DNA of 49,340 nt, taken from Patescibacteria group bacterium (GTDB taxonomy: Bacteria > Patescibacteriota > Patescibacteriia > SBBC01 > CAIJZX01). Below the pieces are notes generated by a model, which was not told the DNA's origin, did not search any database, and saw only the letters and a list, made by a program, of their open reading frames with translations. Made by a program: the position numbers and the translations under genes. Positions 8,324 through 20,259 of this stretch are shown one piece after another (the stretch's first letter is position 1; the number at the start of each line of letters is the position of its first letter). The DNA is taken from NCBI GenBank assembly GCA_038065275.1, contig JBBTRH010000006.1, forward strand, positions 1-49,340. Reading direction: 5' to 3'.

Positions 8324-10614
8324 TGAAAATCCCACGGTCATGGCTGAGGGAATACGTCGAGACCACTTTGCCGTCGACCGCGCTGGCGGAGCGGTTGATG
8401 ATGCACGGGCTCGAGGTCGAGAAGATTATCGACCGTCGCGGCGACTACGATCGCATCGTGGTCGGCGCCATTGTCGGCATCAAACCGCATCCGAAGGCGG
8501 ATAAACTTCAACTGGCATCGGTGGTCATTGCGCCGTCCGGCGAAGCCGGATCCGGCTCCGCCGGAAACGGGAAACCGCAGACCGTGGTGTGCGGCGCGCC
8601 GAATATCAAAGTCGGTCAGAAAGTGCCGGTCGCTCTGCTCGGCGCCAAGCTTCCGAACGGCGTGACCATCGAGTCACGGTCGATTCGCGGCATAGTTTCG
8701 GAAGGGATGCTTTGTGCTGAAGATGAGCTGGGCTTAAGGAACAACCATCAGGGCATTCTCATTCTCGACCCGGCCCTGAGAGCGGGTATGCCCCTGGCCA
8801 CCGCCCTGGGTTTTGACGAGGTGGTGATCGACATCGCCACTCCGGCTAACCGGCCCGACCTGATGTCTGTTCGCGGGCTGGCCTGGGAAATCGCCGCGAT
8901 CCTCGGTTTGAAATTTCACGAGCCGAAGCGACCGCATTTTATCGCTACTCCCACCATGAAGAAACCCTGGGTGGTGAAAGTAACCAATTCGAAACTCTGT
9001 CCGTTGTACACCGCCCGGGTCATCCGTAACGTGACGGTCAAACCGTCGCCCAGTTGGCTGCAACAACGTCTGACCGCCGTCGGCATTCGGCCGATCAACG
9101 CCATTGTTGACGCGACGAATCTGATCCTCCTGGAATACGGACAGCCGTTGCATGCGTTCGATGCCGCGAAAGTTCGGGGAGACATCGTCGTGCGTACCGC
9201 TCGCGCGGATGAACGCATCGTTACGCTTGATCGGGTCGCTCGCCGTTTAAACGCTCAGCAGATCGTCATTGCCGATGACAGCGGACCAATCGCTCTGGCC
9301 GGCGTCATGGGCGGCGCGGCCACGGAAATATCGGCCAGGACTACGGATGTCCTCCTCGAATCGGCGATTTTCGATCCGGTCAGTATTCGTCGGACATCGC
9401 GGAGCCTGGGACTCGTTTCGGAAGCGTCGAAACGGTTCGAGAAGGGCCTCCCGCCGCCGTTGCCCGAGCGGGCCAGCCGCGCCGCCGCCGCGCTGATCGT
9501 TGACCTTTGTGGCGGTCAGGTCGTTCCGGGCGTGACGGCCATCGGGACATCATCGACGAAGCCGGTCGTGGTCGCCGTTTCCCCGTCGTACTTCAGCGAA
9601 CTCCTCGGTCGGCCGCTCATTCCCGCGAAAGCAAAGCAGATCCTGCAGCGGCTGGGCTTCAAAGTCAGCGGCACCGCTAAGCGCTGGAGCGTGACCGTGC
9701 CGTCGTGGCGGCTGGACGTGACGCTACCCGAAGACCTCGTCGACGAGGTCGGGCGGCTGATCGGCTACGAACAGTTGCCGGAATCGATGCCGCTCATCAA
9801 TACGATTCCGCAGGGAATTCCGAAAGTCGTGCAACTGAAAGAACAAATTCGAGATGCGCTCTCAGGCTGGGGGCTGACAGAAGTCATCACCCACTCCTAT
9901 TACGGCGAACCTTGGGCCCGGGAAGCGCCAGGTCGACATCTCAAAGTGGCTAATCCGATCGACAAATCCCAACACTACCTTCGCCGGACGCTCTACCCCC
10001 AGACGCAAAGCATCCTGCGAGGCGAAGTGAAGCAGGGGAAGGAAGCGCGGATCTTCCAAATAGGCCGAGTGTTTACCCCTGAAGTAAGTGCAAAAGTTGA
10101 AAAAATTCAGCCCTGGAAGCTGATCGTAGCGGCGACGGTTAAAGTCAAGGCCGGCTATATAGCACCGCGTCGCATCGACGGAATCGTCGAAAACCTGTAC
10201 CAACAACTGAGCGTCGCGCCGGGCAAACCGCGATTTATCAGCTCATTTGACGCCCGGAGTTTCCCCGGGTGGATCGTCGAGTGGTGCGAACTGGACGTCG
10301 CGGACTTAGGACGGAACCGCCGGTCGCAGGTTTTTCACGAAGTACCGAAAGTCCCGCCCAGCTATCGTGATTTATCTTTTTGGGCACCGACCGACAAAAA
10401 GTACGCCGAACTTGAACGCGTTATACGGAATAATGGCGGCCGGTCCTTGGTGACGGTTGAACTCTTTGATGCTTTCGAGAAGGATCGGCGGCGCAGTTAC
10501 GCAATCCACCTCAAATTTCAAGCTCCCGACCGGACCCTGACGAAGGGGGAGGTGGATGAGGTGATGAAGAAGATCGAAAGGGGTTTGCGGGACATGCGCG
10601 CGGACATCCGATGA
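8323..10614 (+). CDS. pheT: Phenylalanine--tRNA ligase beta subunit
   Basis: HPKADKL, VVCGAPN, SEGMLCA, NRPDLMS, YGQPLHAFD, ALAGVMGG, PSWRLDV...EDLVDEVGR, FQAPDRTL. Confidence 0.96.
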   Translation: MKIPRSWLREYVETTLPSTALAERLMMHGLEVEKIIDRRGDYDRIVVGAIVGIKPHPKADKLQLASVVIAPSGEAGSGSAGNGKPQTVVCGAPNIKVGQKVPVALLGAKLPNGVTIESRSIRGIVSEGMLCAEDELGLRNNHQGILILDPALRAGMPLATALGFDEVVIDIATPANRPDLMSVRGLAWEIAAILGLKFHEPKRPHFIATPTMKKPWVVKVTNSKLCPLYTARVIRNVTVKPSPSWLQQRLTAVGIRPINAIVDATNLILLEYGQPLHAFDAAKVRGDIVVRTARADERIVTLDRVARRLNAQQIVIADDSGPIALAGVMGGAATEISARTTDVLLESAIFDPVSIRRTSRSLGLVSEASKRFEKGLPPPLPERASRAAAALIVDLCGGQVVPGVTAIGTSSTKPVVVAVSPSYFSELLGRPLIPAKAKQILQRLGFKVSGTAKRWSVTVPSWRLDVTLPEDLVDEVGRLIGYEQLPESMPLINTIPQGIPKVVQLKEQIRDALSGWGLTEVITHSYYGEPWAREAPGRHLKVANPIDKSQHYLRRTLYPQTQSILRGEVKQGKEARIFQIGRVFTPEVSAKVEKIQPWKLIVAATVKVKAGYIAPRRIDGIVENLYQQLSVAPGKPRFISSFDARSFPGWIVEWCELDVADLGRNRRSQVFHEVPKVPPSYRDLSFWAPTDKKYAELERVIRNNGGRSLVTVELFDAFEKDRRRSYAIHLKFQAPDRTLTKGEVDEVMKKIERGLRDMRADIR
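8536..8565. repeat. 30-bp GGATCC-centred palindrome, in frame in pheT (SGEAGSGSAG)
   Basis: tccggcgaagccggatccggctccgccgga; near-identical copies at 21280, 25074 and 47843. Confidence 0.85.
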
Positions 10615-10615
10615 T

Positions 10616-11857
10616 ATGACTGAAGCGCAGGAACCGGCGATCGCTCGGAACGCGAACGGCGAACCCCGTCGTTTGACTAATGACGAGCTCTTGAGGTATA
10701 CGAAAGAACGGTTGCAGACCATGACGCCGGAGGAGGTGGTCGATATCTGTCATAAGCTTGAAAAACGCCTGTCCTTTTTGGAACTTGATGTCCCGCCGCC
10801 GACCATCGACGTCAACCTTTCTCCGGACGAAGCGAAGAAGCAACTCATACATCGCATTGATTTTTTTCTCCGCCCGCGATTAACGGAATACGCCGACCGC
10901 CGGCGCGATGCGGATCAGCGCCAGGAACAAAAGCATGAGCACCATTTGCGTGAACTCAGCGGTGCCCGGACGCTTGAGCGCGTAGCCCAATGGCAAGCGG
11001 CGGCCGTGACGACCGAACCACGAACCGAGACTGAACGCGCCGAACTCGAGAGGTTACACCGGCAACGGGGTGACGAAGGTCTCGAGAAACGAGACATGTA
11101 CGAGTTCACCAAGAAATCCGAACCGGTCATAGCGGCGATGCTTGAGATCGCTGATTCACTTGGCGGCGCCGCCACCTATGTTCCGGCCAGCGAGCATGAG
11201 GATCTGGCGAGTGGCGCCGATATTTTTGCCACTATCGCCGTTAACGACGGTCAGGGCGGAACGCACGGGATCAAACTGGGCTTGGACTACACCGTCACGA
11301 AGAAGGAAGAGATACAGCGGGATAAGTTGTTGAAGAATTTCCGCCGGCCGACACGGGAGGTGTTACACTCCACCATCGGCCACCCCGATCTTGGACAGCC
11401 CGGATTGCAGCGCGGCGATCGGTTCATCGGCGTACTCCTCGCGGTTCATAAGGAGCGGGTCGAGCAGATGTTCGATGACCTTAATGTCATGGAGGTCGGT
11501 CAGCCCTTCGTGCCGGACAAGGTCCGTCAATTAACGGATGAATACCGCCGTGACCCGTTGCTCCGGTACGTCATCCCGTGGTCCATTCACGAACAGCTGA
11601 AGACGCAGTTGGATCTTGTTCGACGGCGCCCGCGACGCTGGGAAGGCGGCCTCTACGAAAAGACGGCGGCGGATCTTCAACTGCTGATCGACCATTTCGG
11701 ACGTCTTCTGGAGGGTAGAAAAAAACTCCGCGGTGAAGCAGAGCAAATCGTGAACGATTTTCGTCTGAGCGATGTCTACCGCGTCGGCAATCCGGGTTTT
11801 CACGCCGACGTCCTTAGGAGTCTTCCTCCACGGGAGTACGCCGAACTTCACGGCTGA
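10616..11857 (+). CDS. Hypothetical protein (charged, helical), coupled to pheT
   Basis: 413-aa ORF starting 1 nt after the pheT stop; no family confidently recognised. Confidence 0.7.
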   Translation: MTEAQEPAIARNANGEPRRLTNDELLRYTKERLQTMTPEEVVDICHKLEKRLSFLELDVPPPTIDVNLSPDEAKKQLIHRIDFFLRPRLTEYADRRRDADQRQEQKHEHHLRELSGARTLERVAQWQAAAVTTEPRTETERAELERLHRQRGDEGLEKRDMYEFTKKSEPVIAAMLEIADSLGGAATYVPASEHEDLASGADIFATIAVNDGQGGTHGIKLGLDYTVTKKEEIQRDKLLKNFRRPTREVLHSTIGHPDLGQPGLQRGDRFIGVLLAVHKERVEQMFDDLNVMEVGQPFVPDKVRQLTDEYRRDPLLRYVIPWSIHEQLKTQLDLVRRRPRRWEGGLYEKTAADLQLLIDHFGRLLEGRKKLRGEAEQIVNDFRLSDVYRVGNPGFHADVLRSLPPREYAELHG

Positions 11858-12113
11858 TGGCGATCGTTCTCGCCAGCGACGGATCCGGAGCGGTTCTCGT
11901 CGCGCGCTTCCGTTCGATCAGGCGGTCGAGAACCGCGGTGAGGTAGGCTTTGAATGAACGGTGGCCCTCCGTGGCGTCGGGTCGCGGTTCTTCAGGGTGA
12001 CGACTCATGTGACCCTCGGCGGGTTGGCGTGAATGAGCAATCGCTCGCGTTTCGAGCGCGTCGACCGTAGCACGCCGGGGTGATTTTGTCAAGATTTCCG
12101 GCCCTTGCCATAA

Positions 12114-14315
<2,202 letters not shown>

Positions 14316-14333
14316 TAACTTAGGCACACAAAT

Positions 14334-14516
14334 ATGCACAAAGCATTACACGGGGCATTGATGGGATTATTGATCGGTGGGCCGTCAACATTGCTGGCCT
14401 ATTATATGGTGCGCACGGCAGTTGATAAAGGATTATGGCCGATCGCGTTATGGATTATCGGTTGGGTGATTTGGGGTGCGATCCTGGGCGTGTTGCTACC
14501 AAAGCACAAAGTCTAG
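14334..14516 (+). CDS. Small 2-TM membrane protein (passenger between duplicated gyrB 3' ends)
   Basis: 60-aa ORF with two hydrophobic segments, more AT-rich than gyrB. Confidence 0.6.
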   Translation: MHKALHGALMGLLIGGPSTLLAYYMVRTAVDKGLWPIALWIIGWVIWGAILGVLLPKHKV

Positions 14517-14520
14517 ACTT

Positions 14521-14583
14521 GTCGCGCCGCGAAAGAGGTTTATTAATACGCAGGCGAAATACGTGAAAAATTTGGATATTTAA
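14521..14583 (+). pseudogene. Displaced, recoded copy of the gyrB 3' end ([20 protein letters not shown])
   Basis: 18/20 aa identical to the gyrB end at 14253-14315; most differences are synonymous; same TAA. Confidence 0.9.
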
Positions 14584-14635
14584 CATATTTCGTCAAATTA
14601 GTCGATATTTCGGAGTTTGTGGCAGTAAACCGCGT

Positions 14636-14855
14636 CTTGGCGGACTGGAAAGTTCGCCAAGTTCCATTTTTAGGATTTTTTAATAGTAATCAACAATCCT
14701 GATAATTTTCACCCCAGGAAGGGGGCGGACTTTCCAGTCCGCCCCCGACCGACCCTGATTAGCGTTGAACAACAAGTTTATCCAGCAGTGTGCATTCTAC
14801 CCTGTGGATTGAAAAATTACCCACCAGGTAAGCCGCACTCTTTCCAGAGTGCGGC
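14636..14855. repeat. Three REP-like palindromes upstream of RAYT-1
   Basis: cttggcggactggaaagttcgccaag (14636-14661), gggggcggactttccagtccgccccc (14721-14746), gccgcactctttccagagtgcggc (14832-14855); shared TGGAAA/TTTCCA loop. Confidence 0.75.
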
Positions 14856-14856
14856 G

Positions 14857-14885
14857 TTGACAGCGGACAAATCTTGAATTAAGGT
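14857..14885 (+). promoter_or_regulatory. sigma70-type promoter of RAYT-1
   Basis: TTGACA-17 nt-TAAGGT. Confidence 0.6.
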
Positions 14886-14912
14886 GGAATCGGTGGCTGG
14901 CACGCGCCAGCA

Positions 14913-15467
14913 ATGCCCAAGATTCCCTACGATCCGAATTACCTTTGTTTTATCACGACCGTCACGCACAAGCGACGGCCGATATTTCGCGATCAAAAAT
15001 TAGCGGAACGGTTGGGGACGATGATTATGATGGCTTGTCGGTTGAAAGGATTCGTGCCGTTGGTGTACGCGATTTTGCCGGATCATTTACACCTTCTGGT
15101 TTGCTCTCAGCACCTGTTACTACGCACACTCGAAAGTGTGCGTAGTAACAACCAAACCTCTGGCGAGGCAGGAGGCGGACTTTTCCCGCCGTTAGCAGGA
15201 CCCCGCTTGTCGGCGGTGGCCAGTCTGCCTGCGCCACAAGTCGGTGCCCTAGTAAAATCCATTAAAGGTACGTTTTCGCGGACACTGCCGCACGGAACTG
15301 TTTGGAAGCGACGGTATCATTGTTGGATGATTATTGATGGGCGCGATGCGGCTCGCGTGGTTAAATACATCACTTACAATTACCGACACTCCGGTGTGCT
15401 AGAACGGTACGGCCGGGAACCATACGTTTGGTGCGATGATGGGATGATCGAACAGATCTTGTCGTGA
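14913..15467 (+). mobile_element. REP-associated tyrosine (Y1/HUH, IS200-like) transposase RAYT-1
   Basis: FITTVTHKRRPIF, AILPDHLHLL (HUH), KSIKG, WKRRYH, catalytic-like YITYN; contains an internal REP-like palindrome at 15120-15145. Confidence 0.85.
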
Positions 15468-15492
15468 TTTCAGAACGCGCTATACTCACCCC

Positions 15493-15804
15493 ATGACCCT
15501 CGCCGAAGATAGCGTCATCGCCGAGTACAAAAACCATGGCTTTCGCCGCGTGGTCGTCCGCCGCGACGAACCTAATTTCGATTACCCCATCCACTACCAC
15601 GCCTACAACCTGGCTTTCCAGGTGCTGGCGGGCTCGATGCACGTCACCACCAACCACCAACGCACGGTAGCCAACCCCGGCGACCACTTGCATATTCCCG
15701 CCGGCCAACTGCACACCGTCCATATCGGCCCGGCCGGGTGCGTTTACATTCACGCCGAAAAAGAACCGGCGAATGCAGGGGGCGGGTTCCGGGGCGGGGG
15801 ATAG
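15493..15804 (+). CDS. Cupin domain protein
   Basis: PIHYH...GSM and GDHLHIPAGQLH cupin motifs. Confidence 0.85.
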   Translation: MTLAEDSVIAEYKNHGFRRVVVRRDEPNFDYPIHYHAYNLAFQVLAGSMHVTTNHQRTVANPGDHLHIPAGQLHTVHIGPAGCVYIHAEKEPANAGGGFRGGG

Positions 15805-15882
15805 GAGGGTTGTCAGTCTGTCTGACCTGGGGTATACTCCTCGGTGCGTCGATTTTTACTGTTTCGGTGCCCGGCGCGCCCT

Positions 15883-16248
15883 ATGTCTAAACGTCTCGCG
15901 TTTCTTCTGCCGATCATCGTCTTGATGATCTCGTTCGTCATTCCCGCCGAGGCCAAAGCTTTGCCGAACACTTGTGCCAGGTGGGTGGCGTGCGGTCGGG
16001 GACAATACTACTGCGCGGGCCGAAAAGGCGAGAGTTGTAAGAATCCATCGTTCTACCAATCCAGTTACGATCTATCGCAATCGATCCGGCAACGGGCCAA
16101 AACGATTCCGCCGGCGAAGAAGGGGGTAGTCTATAAAAGCAGTCCGGCCGCAAAATACGTTTGGAAGTACAAGTACGTCTATAATAAAAAGGGCCAACGC
16201 GTTAAGAGGTGGTATCAGGTCAGAGTCACGACTACAGCTAAAAAGTAA
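15883..16248 (+). CDS. Small secreted basic Cys-containing protein
   Basis: Signal-peptide-like MSKRLAFLLPIIVLMISFVIPAEAKA, four Cys, Lys/Tyr-rich C-terminus. Confidence 0.65.
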   Translation: MSKRLAFLLPIIVLMISFVIPAEAKALPNTCARWVACGRGQYYCAGRKGESCKNPSFYQSSYDLSQSIRQRAKTIPPAKKGVVYKSSPAAKYVWKYKYVYNKKGQRVKRWYQVRVTTTAKK

Positions 16249-16295
16249 ACGGGAAGCGGACGGAATAACGGCCGTCGGTTTCGTGTTGTTTGAAG

Positions 16296-16328
16296 ACAGT
16301 TGACACATCAACTGTTTACATGTAAACT
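16296..16328 (+). promoter_or_regulatory. Promoter with two palindromic operators (probable MarR autoregulation)
   Basis: TTGACA (16300)-17 nt-TAAACT (16323); palindromes ACAGTTGA-caca-TCAACTGT over the -35 and GTTTACATGTAAAC over the -10. Confidence 0.75.
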
Positions 16329-16338
16329 GTGGATGATT

Positions 16339-16833
16339 ATGTCGCCGGTAGTAATAACCTCATCGTCAGCTTGGGACGTGGTAGTCATGCTCCACAAGAT
16401 CATCTTCCTGCTCGACCGCCGCGCCCACATTCTAGTGCGAGCTGAGCTGGGGTTGGCCTATTCGCAGTTTATGATCATCATGGCCCTGAAACACCGCGGG
16501 TCAATCTCCCAGCGGGCCCTGGCCGACTCCAGCGGTTTAACTCCCGCGGCAATTAGCCGGCAGGTTAGCGGCTTAGTGACTAAAGGACTGGTCAAATTCC
16601 AGGTTAATGCTCGCAACCGGCGCCAGCACGCATTGAGTCTGACCAGCCGCGGCGATCGGGCGGCGATTCAGGCCCAGCTCCTGCTCGGCCGCGCTTTCGA
16701 GCGTTTATTCCGTCGCCTGCCTGGTCGACAGCAAACCGGTCTCAACGCCGCCTTGCGCCAGCTATTGGACCTCATCTGTCAGGAGGCGTCGGCGGCGACG
16801 CGACTGCCGGGCGACAAATCAGTTCGCGCTTAA
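16339..16833 (+). CDS. MarR-family transcriptional regulator
   Basis: SQRALA...TPAAISRQVSGLVTKGLV...NRRQHALSLTSRG winged HTH. The track's TTG start at 16300 is the -35 box, so the real start is downstream. Confidence 0.88.
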   Translation: MSPVVITSSSAWDVVVMLHKIIFLLDRRAHILVRAELGLAYSQFMIIMALKHRGSISQRALADSSGLTPAAISRQVSGLVTKGLVKFQVNARNRRQHALSLTSRGDRAAIQAQLLLGRAFERLFRRLPGRQQTGLNAALRQLLDLICQEASAATRLPGDKSVRA

Positions 16834-16836
16834 CCT

Positions 16837-17754
16837 ATGCCCGACATCATCGAAGTCAAAAACCTGACCAAAACCTACGGCGACTTCACCGCCGTGGACG
16901 GTATCTCGTTCACAGTGAAAATGGGAGAAACCTTTGGTATTCTCGGACCGAACGGAGCGGGGAAGACGACCACCTTGGAGATGATGGAAGGGTTGAAGCC
17001 AGTCAGCTCCGGCACGATCGTCTTCGACGGCCTGGACGTCCAGAAGCGGACGCGCGACGTTAAGCAACGGATCGGCGTCCAGCTCCAGGCGTCATCGTTC
17101 TTCGACGGCTTAAGCCTCAAAGAACTCGTTGACACCTTCGCCTCACTCTACGGTCGAAAGGTCAAAGCCCTTGATTTATTGCGTCGGGTGCAACTTGATG
17201 AAAAGGCTAAGAGCAAAGTCAAAGAGCTGTCCGGCGGACAGAAACAGCGGCTGTCGATCGCCGTCGCCCTGGTCAACGACCCGAAAGCGATGTATCTCGA
17301 CGAGCCGACGACCGGCCTCGACCCGCAAGCTCGACGAAATCTGTGGGATCTCATTACCGACATCAAACGGCAGGGCAAGACGATTATCCTGACGACGCAC
17401 TACATGGAAGAAGCCGAAGTCCTGTGCGACCGGATCGCGATTATGGATCACGCCAAGATCATTGTCCTCGGCACGCCCCAAGAACTCCTCAAGCTGGCTG
17501 ACGTCGGTTCGACCGTCGAATTCCATGTTGATCGGCATCCGCCCCAGGGGGTGATGGATCACTTGCCGGGAGTGGAACGAGCCGAGCGCGAAGACCATGG
17601 ATACAAACTCCTGACCGGCGACCCGGAAAAAACCTTGCCGGCGCTGTTCGAATATGAAGTCACGCACGGCTTCAAAATATTCGATCTCCAGCTTCATCAG
17701 GCGACGCTAGAAGACGTCTTTTTGAAACTGACCGGCCGGAGTTTACGCGAATAA
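16837..17754 (+). CDS. ABC-2 type transporter ATP-binding protein
   Basis: GPNGAGKTT, LSGGQKQR, LDEPTTGLD, TTHYMEEA. Confidence 0.95.
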   Translation: MPDIIEVKNLTKTYGDFTAVDGISFTVKMGETFGILGPNGAGKTTTLEMMEGLKPVSSGTIVFDGLDVQKRTRDVKQRIGVQLQASSFFDGLSLKELVDTFASLYGRKVKALDLLRRVQLDEKAKSKVKELSGGQKQRLSIAVALVNDPKAMYLDEPTTGLDPQARRNLWDLITDIKRQGKTIILTTHYMEEAEVLCDRIAIMDHAKIIVLGTPQELLKLADVGSTVEFHVDRHPPQGVMDHLPGVERAEREDHGYKLLTGDPEKTLPALFEYEVTHGFKIFDLQLHQATLEDVFLKLTGRSLRE

Positions 17755-17773
17755 TCGGCCCACCAACCGTCCC

Positions 17774-18934
17774 GTGAACACTACCCTCACTCTCACCCGC
17801 TCGGCTATCAAGATGTTCGTCCGCAACCGGCAGTCGCTCTTCTTCACGCTGTTCATGCCGTTGATGATCATGGTTATCTTCGGATTCGTCGGCCTCGATA
17901 AAACGCCAAAGATAAGCTTGGGTATTGTGGTTGATCAGCCCACGGCGGCGACCCAGCAGTTTATCAATGACCTGAAGAAGTTCGAGGCTTTTGACGTGAC
18001 TCAAGGATCGGAAAACGCCGAGCGGGTTGCCCTGAAAAAAGGGGAGCGAGTGGCGGTCATCATCATGCCGTCGGATTTTTTTCCGAATCCGGCCGATCTT
18101 GTTATTAGCCCGCCGCCCGCGGGAGGAAAAAATACGGCTCCCCTCCAGCCGTCGTATTCGAAGCTGAAACCGAAGACGCTGGTTATGCTGGAGAACGTAG
18201 CGCAGCAACAGTTCGCGAAAACGGCCGAATCGATCATCCGGCAGATGCTCGACAAAACAACCCTCGGCATCGTTCAGGCGCCGACCTTCTTTGAGGTTCA
18301 AGCCGAAAATGTCAGCGTTAAGAGCACCAAGTACATCGATTTCCTGGTGCCCGGGATTCTCGGCATGGCCTTGATGCAGATGGCGGTATTTTCGGTGGCT
18401 TTCGTGTTCGCCGACTATAAAGAAAAGGGGATTTTGAAGCGGCTCCTGGCCACGCCGATGAAGCCCCAGCAATTCGTTACCGCCCAGGTCATTACCCGTT
18501 TGATCGTCGCCCTGGCCCAGTCGGCGATTCTGCTGGCCGTCGGCGTCTGGTTGCTCCATACGCATGTCTACGGGTCGCTGTGGTTGGTGGCGCTGATCGC
18601 CATCGTCGGCAGTGTCATGTTCCTCGGGTTGGGATTCACCATTTCCGGCTTAGCTAATACGGTCGATTCAGTGCCGGCCATCGCCAACCTGATCGTTTTT
18701 CCGATGCTCTTCCTCGGCGGGACGTTCTTTCCGATCAGCGGCATGCCGCAGATCATGCAGTCGATCGTCACCTACCTGCCCTTGCAGTACCTGACGCACA
18801 GCCTACGCGAAGTGATGGCGAACGGGGCGGGATTGAACGCGATCGCTCATGATATCTACTGGATGCTTGGCTGGGCCGTGATTATGGTTACCTTGGCCAT
18901 GTTTACGTTCCGGTTCGAGGAGCGGCGGGTGTAA
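17774..18934 (+). CDS. ABC-2 type transporter permease
   Basis: N-terminal TM, extracellular loop, YIDFLVPG, EKGILKRLLATP, FLGGTFFP. Confidence 0.93.
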   Translation: MNTTLTLTRSAIKMFVRNRQSLFFTLFMPLMIMVIFGFVGLDKTPKISLGIVVDQPTAATQQFINDLKKFEAFDVTQGSENAERVALKKGERVAVIIMPSDFFPNPADLVISPPPAGGKNTAPLQPSYSKLKPKTLVMLENVAQQQFAKTAESIIRQMLDKTTLGIVQAPTFFEVQAENVSVKSTKYIDFLVPGILGMALMQMAVFSVAFVFADYKEKGILKRLLATPMKPQQFVTAQVITRLIVALAQSAILLAVGVWLLHTHVYGSLWLVALIAIVGSVMFLGLGFTISGLANTVDSVPAIANLIVFPMLFLGGTFFPISGMPQIMQSIVTYLPLQYLTHSLREVMANGAGLNAIAHDIYWMLGWAVIMVTLAMFTFRFEERRV

Positions 18935-18940
18935 CGGCGC

Positions 18941-18969
18941 TTGACAGCTCCGAAGACCTGGGGTAAAGT
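18941..18969 (+). promoter_or_regulatory. secE-nusG promoter
   Basis: TTGACA-17 nt-TAAAGT. Confidence 0.65.
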
Positions 18970-19013
18970 ACCCCCATCACCGCCCCGTCGGGGCTATTTA
19001 GGACTGAAATCTA

Positions 19014-19196
19014 ATGGCAAATCGCCTTTCTTACTTCCGCGAAGCGCGGGAAGAACTACGTAAAGTGGCCTGGCCGACCTGGCTGGAGACCCGCAACAAC
19101 ACTATTCTCGTGATCGGCATTAGCGTTTTCGTGGCCGCCTTCCTGGGGCTGGCCGATATTGGGTTGAGCGCCTTGTTCCGCCTCGTCACAAAGTAA
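19014..19196 (+). CDS. secE: Preprotein translocase subunit SecE
   Basis: ELRKVAWP motif plus one TM, directly upstream of nusG. Confidence 0.93.
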   Translation: MANRLSYFREAREELRKVAWPTWLETRNNTILVIGISVFVAAFLGLADIGLSALFRLVTK

Positions 19197-19200
19197 CTTT

Positions 19201-19746
19201 ATGGCTAAACAAGTCCTGCAACAAGGCCGCCGCTGGTACGTCTTACACACCTATTCCGGATACGAAGAGAACGTGGCCCGCAACCTCCGCCAGCGGATCG
19301 AGTCGATGGATATGGAGGACAAGATCTTCAACGTCCTGATCCCGACCGAGAACCGCATCCGCATTAAGAACGGCAAGCGGAAAATCGTGACCGAGAAAAT
19401 CTTCCCCGGCTACGTGCTGGTGGAGATGATGGTCACCGATGATTCGTGGTACGTCGTCCGCAATACTCCGAACGTGACCGGCTTCGTCGGCTCCGGCACG
19501 ACCCCGACCCCGATTGCCGAAACGGAAGTCCGGGCCTTGCTGGAACGGATGGGCGTGGCCGAGCCGAAATACAAGATTGACGTCGAAACCGGCACGCCGG
19601 TGCGCATCACTGACGGCCCGTTCAAGGAATTTGAAGGTAAAGTATCGGAAGTCGACGAAGGCCGCGGCAAGGTCAAAGTCCTGGTTTCGATGTTTGGACG
19701 GGAAACGCCGGTTGAGTTAGACTTTTTACAGGTTAAGAAATTGTGA
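19201..19746 (+). CDS. nusG: Transcription termination/antitermination factor NusG
   Basis: WYVLHTYSGYE, FPGYVLVEM, VTGFVG, DGPF, MFGRETPVEL. Confidence 0.98.
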   Translation: MAKQVLQQGRRWYVLHTYSGYEENVARNLRQRIESMDMEDKIFNVLIPTENRIRIKNGKRKIVTEKIFPGYVLVEMMVTDDSWYVVRNTPNVTGFVGSGTTPTPIAETEVRALLERMGVAEPKYKIDVETGTPVRITDGPFKEFEGKVSEVDEGRGKVKVLVSMFGRETPVELDFLQVKKL

Positions 19747-19815
19747 CCCCACCCCCAACCCCCGCCCCTGAATTCATGGGCGGGGGCGACGGGGGGAGAG
19801 GTGATAACCACTACT

Positions 19816-20241
19816 ATGGCTAAGAAAGTAAAGACAGTAATCAAACTCCAAATCCCCGGCGGGAAAGCGACGCCGGCGCCTCCGGTTGGGACAGCGCTCG
19901 GGCCCCACGGGTTGAACATCGCCGAATTCGTCAAGAAGTTTAACGACGCGACCAAGGATCGGATGGGCGAAGTCACACCGGTGGAAATGACGATCTACGA
20001 AGATCGGACGTATACATTTATCCTGAAAACCGCGCCAGCTTCGGTCTTGCTGATGAAGGCCGCCAAGATCGAGAAGGGAAGCGGCGATTCGCTCCGGAAC
20101 AAGGTGGGTAAAGTAACGAAGGCGCAAGTGCAGGAGATCGCCGAAAAGAAAATGCCGGATTTAAACGCGAAGGACATGGCCGGCGCCATGCGCATCATCG
20201 AAGGCACGGCCCGCAACATGGGCATTACCGTCGAAGGTTAA
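19816..20241 (+). CDS. rplK: 50S ribosomal protein L11
   Basis: [27 protein letters not shown]. Confidence 0.98.
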   Translation: MAKKVKTVIKLQIPGGKATPAPPVGTALGPHGLNIAEFVKKFNDATKDRMGEVTPVEMTIYEDRTYTFILKTAPASVLLMKAAKIEKGSGDSLRNKVGKVTKAQVQEIAEKKMPDLNAKDMAGAMRIIEGTARNMGITVEG

Positions 20242-20259
20242 ACCACTAACGCTACGCCT

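Noticed and set aside
11814-12008. Small minus-strand ORF MSRHPEEPRPDATEGH...
   Set aside because: Weak SD only, overlaps the end of the 413-aa gene and has no recognisable motif; cannot be supported or fully excluded.
14775-14812. DnaA-box-like words (ttatccagc, ctgtggatt) near gyrB as a replication origin
   Set aside because: Poor matches to TTATCCACA, too few, and no dnaA/dnaN nearby.
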